Shown in pieces: positions 34,557 through 36,834 of a DNA stretch of 36,834 nt (the stretch's first letter is position 1; each line of letters begins with the position of its first letter). The position numbers and the translations under genes were made by a program. Under the pieces are notes generated by a model. That model did not search any database, was not told the origin of the DNA, and worked only from the letters and a program-made list of their open reading frames with translations. Location: positions 1 through 36,834 of the forward strand of contig JAUWGZ010000003.1 in assembly GCA_030606165.1 (NCBI GenBank). The letters are read 5' to 3'. Origin of the DNA: Dehalococcoidia bacterium. GTDB taxonomy: Bacteria > Chloroflexota > Dehalococcoidia > GIF9 > AB-539-J10.

Positions 34557-36022
34557 AAAAAATAATGATAGACCCCATCACCCGACTTGAAGGGCACGGT
34601 AAAATTGCCATCTTCCTCAATGACGATGGCGGGGTAGCCAATGTTTATTTCCAGGTTCCCGAGCTCAGAGGCTTCGAGAAATTTTCCGAGGGCCGCCCGG
34701 CTGAGGATATGCCCCAGATAACTCAGCGTATCTGCGGCGTCTGCCCTGAAGCCCACCATATGGCATCAACCAAAGCCTTAGACGCCCTGTTCCATGTCGA
34801 ACCAACCAGCACAGCCAAAAAGCTGCGTGAGCTTCTTTATAGCGCGTTCTATGTGACTGACCATACTACCCACTTTTATATCCTTGCTGCCCCCGATTTC
34901 GTTATGGGACCGGATGCTCCTCCTGCTGAGCGCAATATACTTGGAGTAATCGCCAAGGTAGGATTGGAGCTGGGAGGCGCTGTAATCAGGACACGCCATG
35001 AAAATCACTGGGTTATCCAGACAATTGGTGGCCGTCCAATACACCCCTGCTTCGGATTGCCCGGCGGTGTAAGCAAGGCCATAAATGAAGAGGAAAGGGC
35101 AAAGATAGAAGAAATAGCCAAATCGTCGGTGGAGTTCGGCAAATTATCGCTCAAAGTCTTTGATGACGTGGTTCTCAAGAACAAAGAGTATTTGGACATG
35201 GTCCTGAGCGATACTTTTACCCACCGGACTTATTCTATGGGGTTGGTTGATGAAAATAATAAGGTCAATTTCTACGATGGCAAAGTTCGTGTGGTTGACC
35301 CTGAGGGCAAAGAGTTCTGTAAGTATGCCCCTCGGGACTATCTGGAGCATGTGGCGGAACATGTCGAGCCCTGGACATATCTCAAGTTCCCTTATCTTAA
35401 GAATGTCGGCTGGAAAGGTTTTGTTGACGGCAAAGATAGTGGAGTTTATCGATGCACACCTCAATCACGGCTAAATGCTGCCGATGGTATGGCAACTCCT
35501 CTAGCTCAGGAAGAATATGAAAAGATGTATTCCACTCTTGGTGGCAAGCCAGCCCACTATACTCTGGCAACCCACTGGGCACGCCTGATTGAACTTCTTT
35601 ACGCCGCTGAAAGAATGGTGGAGCTTGTTCGAGATCCGGAGATAACCAGCCCGGATATTCGTACCATTCCTACGGCAACGCCTGACGAAGGGATAGGTAT
35701 TGTTGAAGCCCCGCGAGGTACACTTACCCATCATTACATAACTGACGAAAGAGGGATTATAAAGAAGTGCAACTTGATTGTCGGCACTACCAATAACCAC
35801 GCGGCTATCTCCATGTCTATCAAAAAGGCAGCCGTAGACCTGATAAAACCTGGTAAAGAGATAACTGAAGGTTTGCTCAACCGCATCGAGATGGCATGGC
35901 GTCCCTACGATCTCTGTCTTGCCTGTGCCACTCACTCTCTCCCTGGGCAAGCGCCTCTGGAAGTGACCATCTATGACGCCCAGGGCAACGAGCTTAAGAA
36001 ACTGAGCCAGGGCATCTCATAA
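34553..36022 (+). CDS. mvhA: Group 3c [NiFe]-hydrogenase large subunit
   Basis: DPITRLEGHG, RGFEKF, L1 RICGVC, EAPRG, L2 YDLCLACATH plus a cleavable C-terminal extension. Confidence 0.93.
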   Translation: MKKIMIDPITRLEGHGKIAIFLNDDGGVANVYFQVPELRGFEKFSEGRPAEDMPQITQRICGVCPEAHHMASTKALDALFHVEPTSTAKKLRELLYSAFYVTDHTTHFYILAAPDFVMGPDAPPAERNILGVIAKVGLELGGAVIRTRHENHWVIQTIGGRPIHPCFGLPGGVSKAINEEERAKIEEIAKSSVEFGKLSLKVFDDVVLKNKEYLDMVLSDTFTHRTYSMGLVDENNKVNFYDGKVRVVDPEGKEFCKYAPRDYLEHVAEHVEPWTYLKFPYLKNVGWKGFVDGKDSGVYRCTPQSRLNAADGMATPLAQEEYEKMYSTLGGKPAHYTLATHWARLIELLYAAERMVELVRDPEITSPDIRTIPTATPDEGIGIVEAPRGTLTHHYITDERGIIKKCNLIVGTTNNHAAISMSIKKAAVDLIKPGKEITEGLLNRIEMAWRPYDLCLACATHSLPGQAPLEVTIYDAQGNELKKLSQGIS

Positions 36023-36041
36023 CAAGTTTTCACGAATCGAA

Positions 36042-36497
36042 ATGAAAACCCTGGTTTTAGGGACGGGAAATCCTATTTTATCTGATGACGGAGTGGGGAT
36101 TAAGGTGGCGCAAGAGGTGGGGGAGAAGCTCAACGACCCCCAAATAACTGTGGCTGAAACAAGTGAAGCTGGCCTTCGTCTCTTAGATTCTATCGTGGGC
36201 TATGATAAAGTTATTATCATTGATGCCATCCAAACCAAAAAAGGAAAGGCAGGTCAAATATATCGTATGAAGCCTGAAGATTTTTCCTACGCCAAACATC
36301 TTTCCTCACCTCATCAAATAAACTTGGTTACTGCTCTAGAATTGGGGAAGATGCTTAACTTAATGATGCCCCAAAAGATCACGATATTCACTGTAGAAGC
36401 CAAAGATATTACTAACTTCAGCGAGAAATGCACGCCTGAGGTGGAGCAGGCAATTCCCGAAGCGGTTAAGATGGTGCTGGAAGAGTTAGTCGGCTAG
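36042..36497 (+). CDS. Hydrogenase maturation endopeptidase (HyaD/HycI family)
   Basis: [19 protein letters not shown] and SPH motifs; follows mvhA. Confidence 0.93.
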   Translation: MKTLVLGTGNPILSDDGVGIKVAQEVGEKLNDPQITVAETSEAGLRLLDSIVGYDKVIIIDAIQTKKGKAGQIYRMKPEDFSYAKHLSSPHQINLVTALELGKMLNLMMPQKITIFTVEAKDITNFSEKCTPEVEQAIPEAVKMVLEELVG

Positions 36498-36833
36498 GTA
36501 AAGCCCGCTTTTGCCTCCGCTCTTCCTTACTAAGCGAATCTCTCCAATGGTCATGTTTTTGTCCACTGCTTTGCACATGTCATAAATAGTCAAAGCACTT
36601 ACAGATACCGCTACCAGCGCCTCCATTTCGAATCCTGTTTTCCCAACTCCCTTGGCGCTGGCAGTAACCTCAACAAAATTACCATTTTCGAGGAGCTTAA
36701 ATTCAACTGCAATGTGGGTGAGCTGGAGAGGGTGACACAGAGGTATGAGACGGTGAGTTTCTTTCGCGGCCATGATTCCGGCTGTTTTTGCTACGGCCAA
36801 GACATCTCCTTTTGCTAGTTCCCCTTTACGGAT
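36486..36833 (-). CDS. moaC: Cyclic pyranopterin monophosphate synthase (5'-truncated by the window end)
   Basis: [44 protein letters not shown] and KSGGKSG motifs. Confidence 0.95.
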   Translation of the reverse strand: MRKGELAKGDVLAVAKTAGIMAAKETHRLIPLCHPLQLTHIAVEFKLLENGNFVEVTASAKGVGKTGFEMEALVAVSVSALTIYDMCKAVDKNMTIGEIRLVRKSGGKSGLYLAD

Positions 36834-36834
36834 A

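Noticed and set aside
1187-35950. Numerous short alternative-frame and antisense ORFs in the ORF track
   Set aside because: They overlap well-supported genes and show no motifs or translation signals.
18480-36022. Selenocysteine (in-frame TGA) in FdhA, HdrA, MvhD, HdrD-like or MvhA
   Set aside because: All usual Sec positions are Cys (CARLCH, DCSEC/DCAMC, GC...DCHY, CCGG, DLCLAC), and no ORF stops inside these motifs.

Overview
Chromosomal window that looks like an anaerobic Dehalococcoidia-like Chloroflexota genome (inferred from the rplI-dnaB-DnaD-tandem DnaC and yceD-rpmF-fabD-nusB gene order; not verified by a search). Bases 1-3640 are accessory DNA: small ORFs, and an atypical acyl-CoA dehydrogenase flanked by 45-bp direct repeats. 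This block sits just 3' of a minus-strand tRNA cluster (Val-CAC, an ORF, Leu-CAG, Arg-GCG, Val-TAC). Bases 4.8-13.1 kb hold core replication, translation and lipid genes, several carrying small palindromic REP-like elements in frame. Bases 13.2-18.1 kb form a self-contained regulatory module: a short, divergent sigma-54 with an altered RpoN box, a membrane histidine kinase, an NtrC-type activator, and a -24/-12 promoter driving a REC-TPR-2x(Cys4) protein. Bases 18.5-36.5 kb are an ~18-kb selenium-free redox cluster (two HdrD-like, HdrL, two MvhD, FdhA, HdrA parts, NfnAB, MvhGA, maturation protease), followed by a partial convergent moaC. The most striking observation is that fdhA is flanked by two reciprocal chimeras, HdrA(N)-FdhB/FlxC(C) and FdhB/FlxC(N)-HdrA(C). 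The HdrA is cut exactly inside a [4Fe-4S] motif, which predicts a hard-wired formate dehydrogenase-HdrA complex. All calls come from reading the sequence and remembered family motifs; no searches were run.
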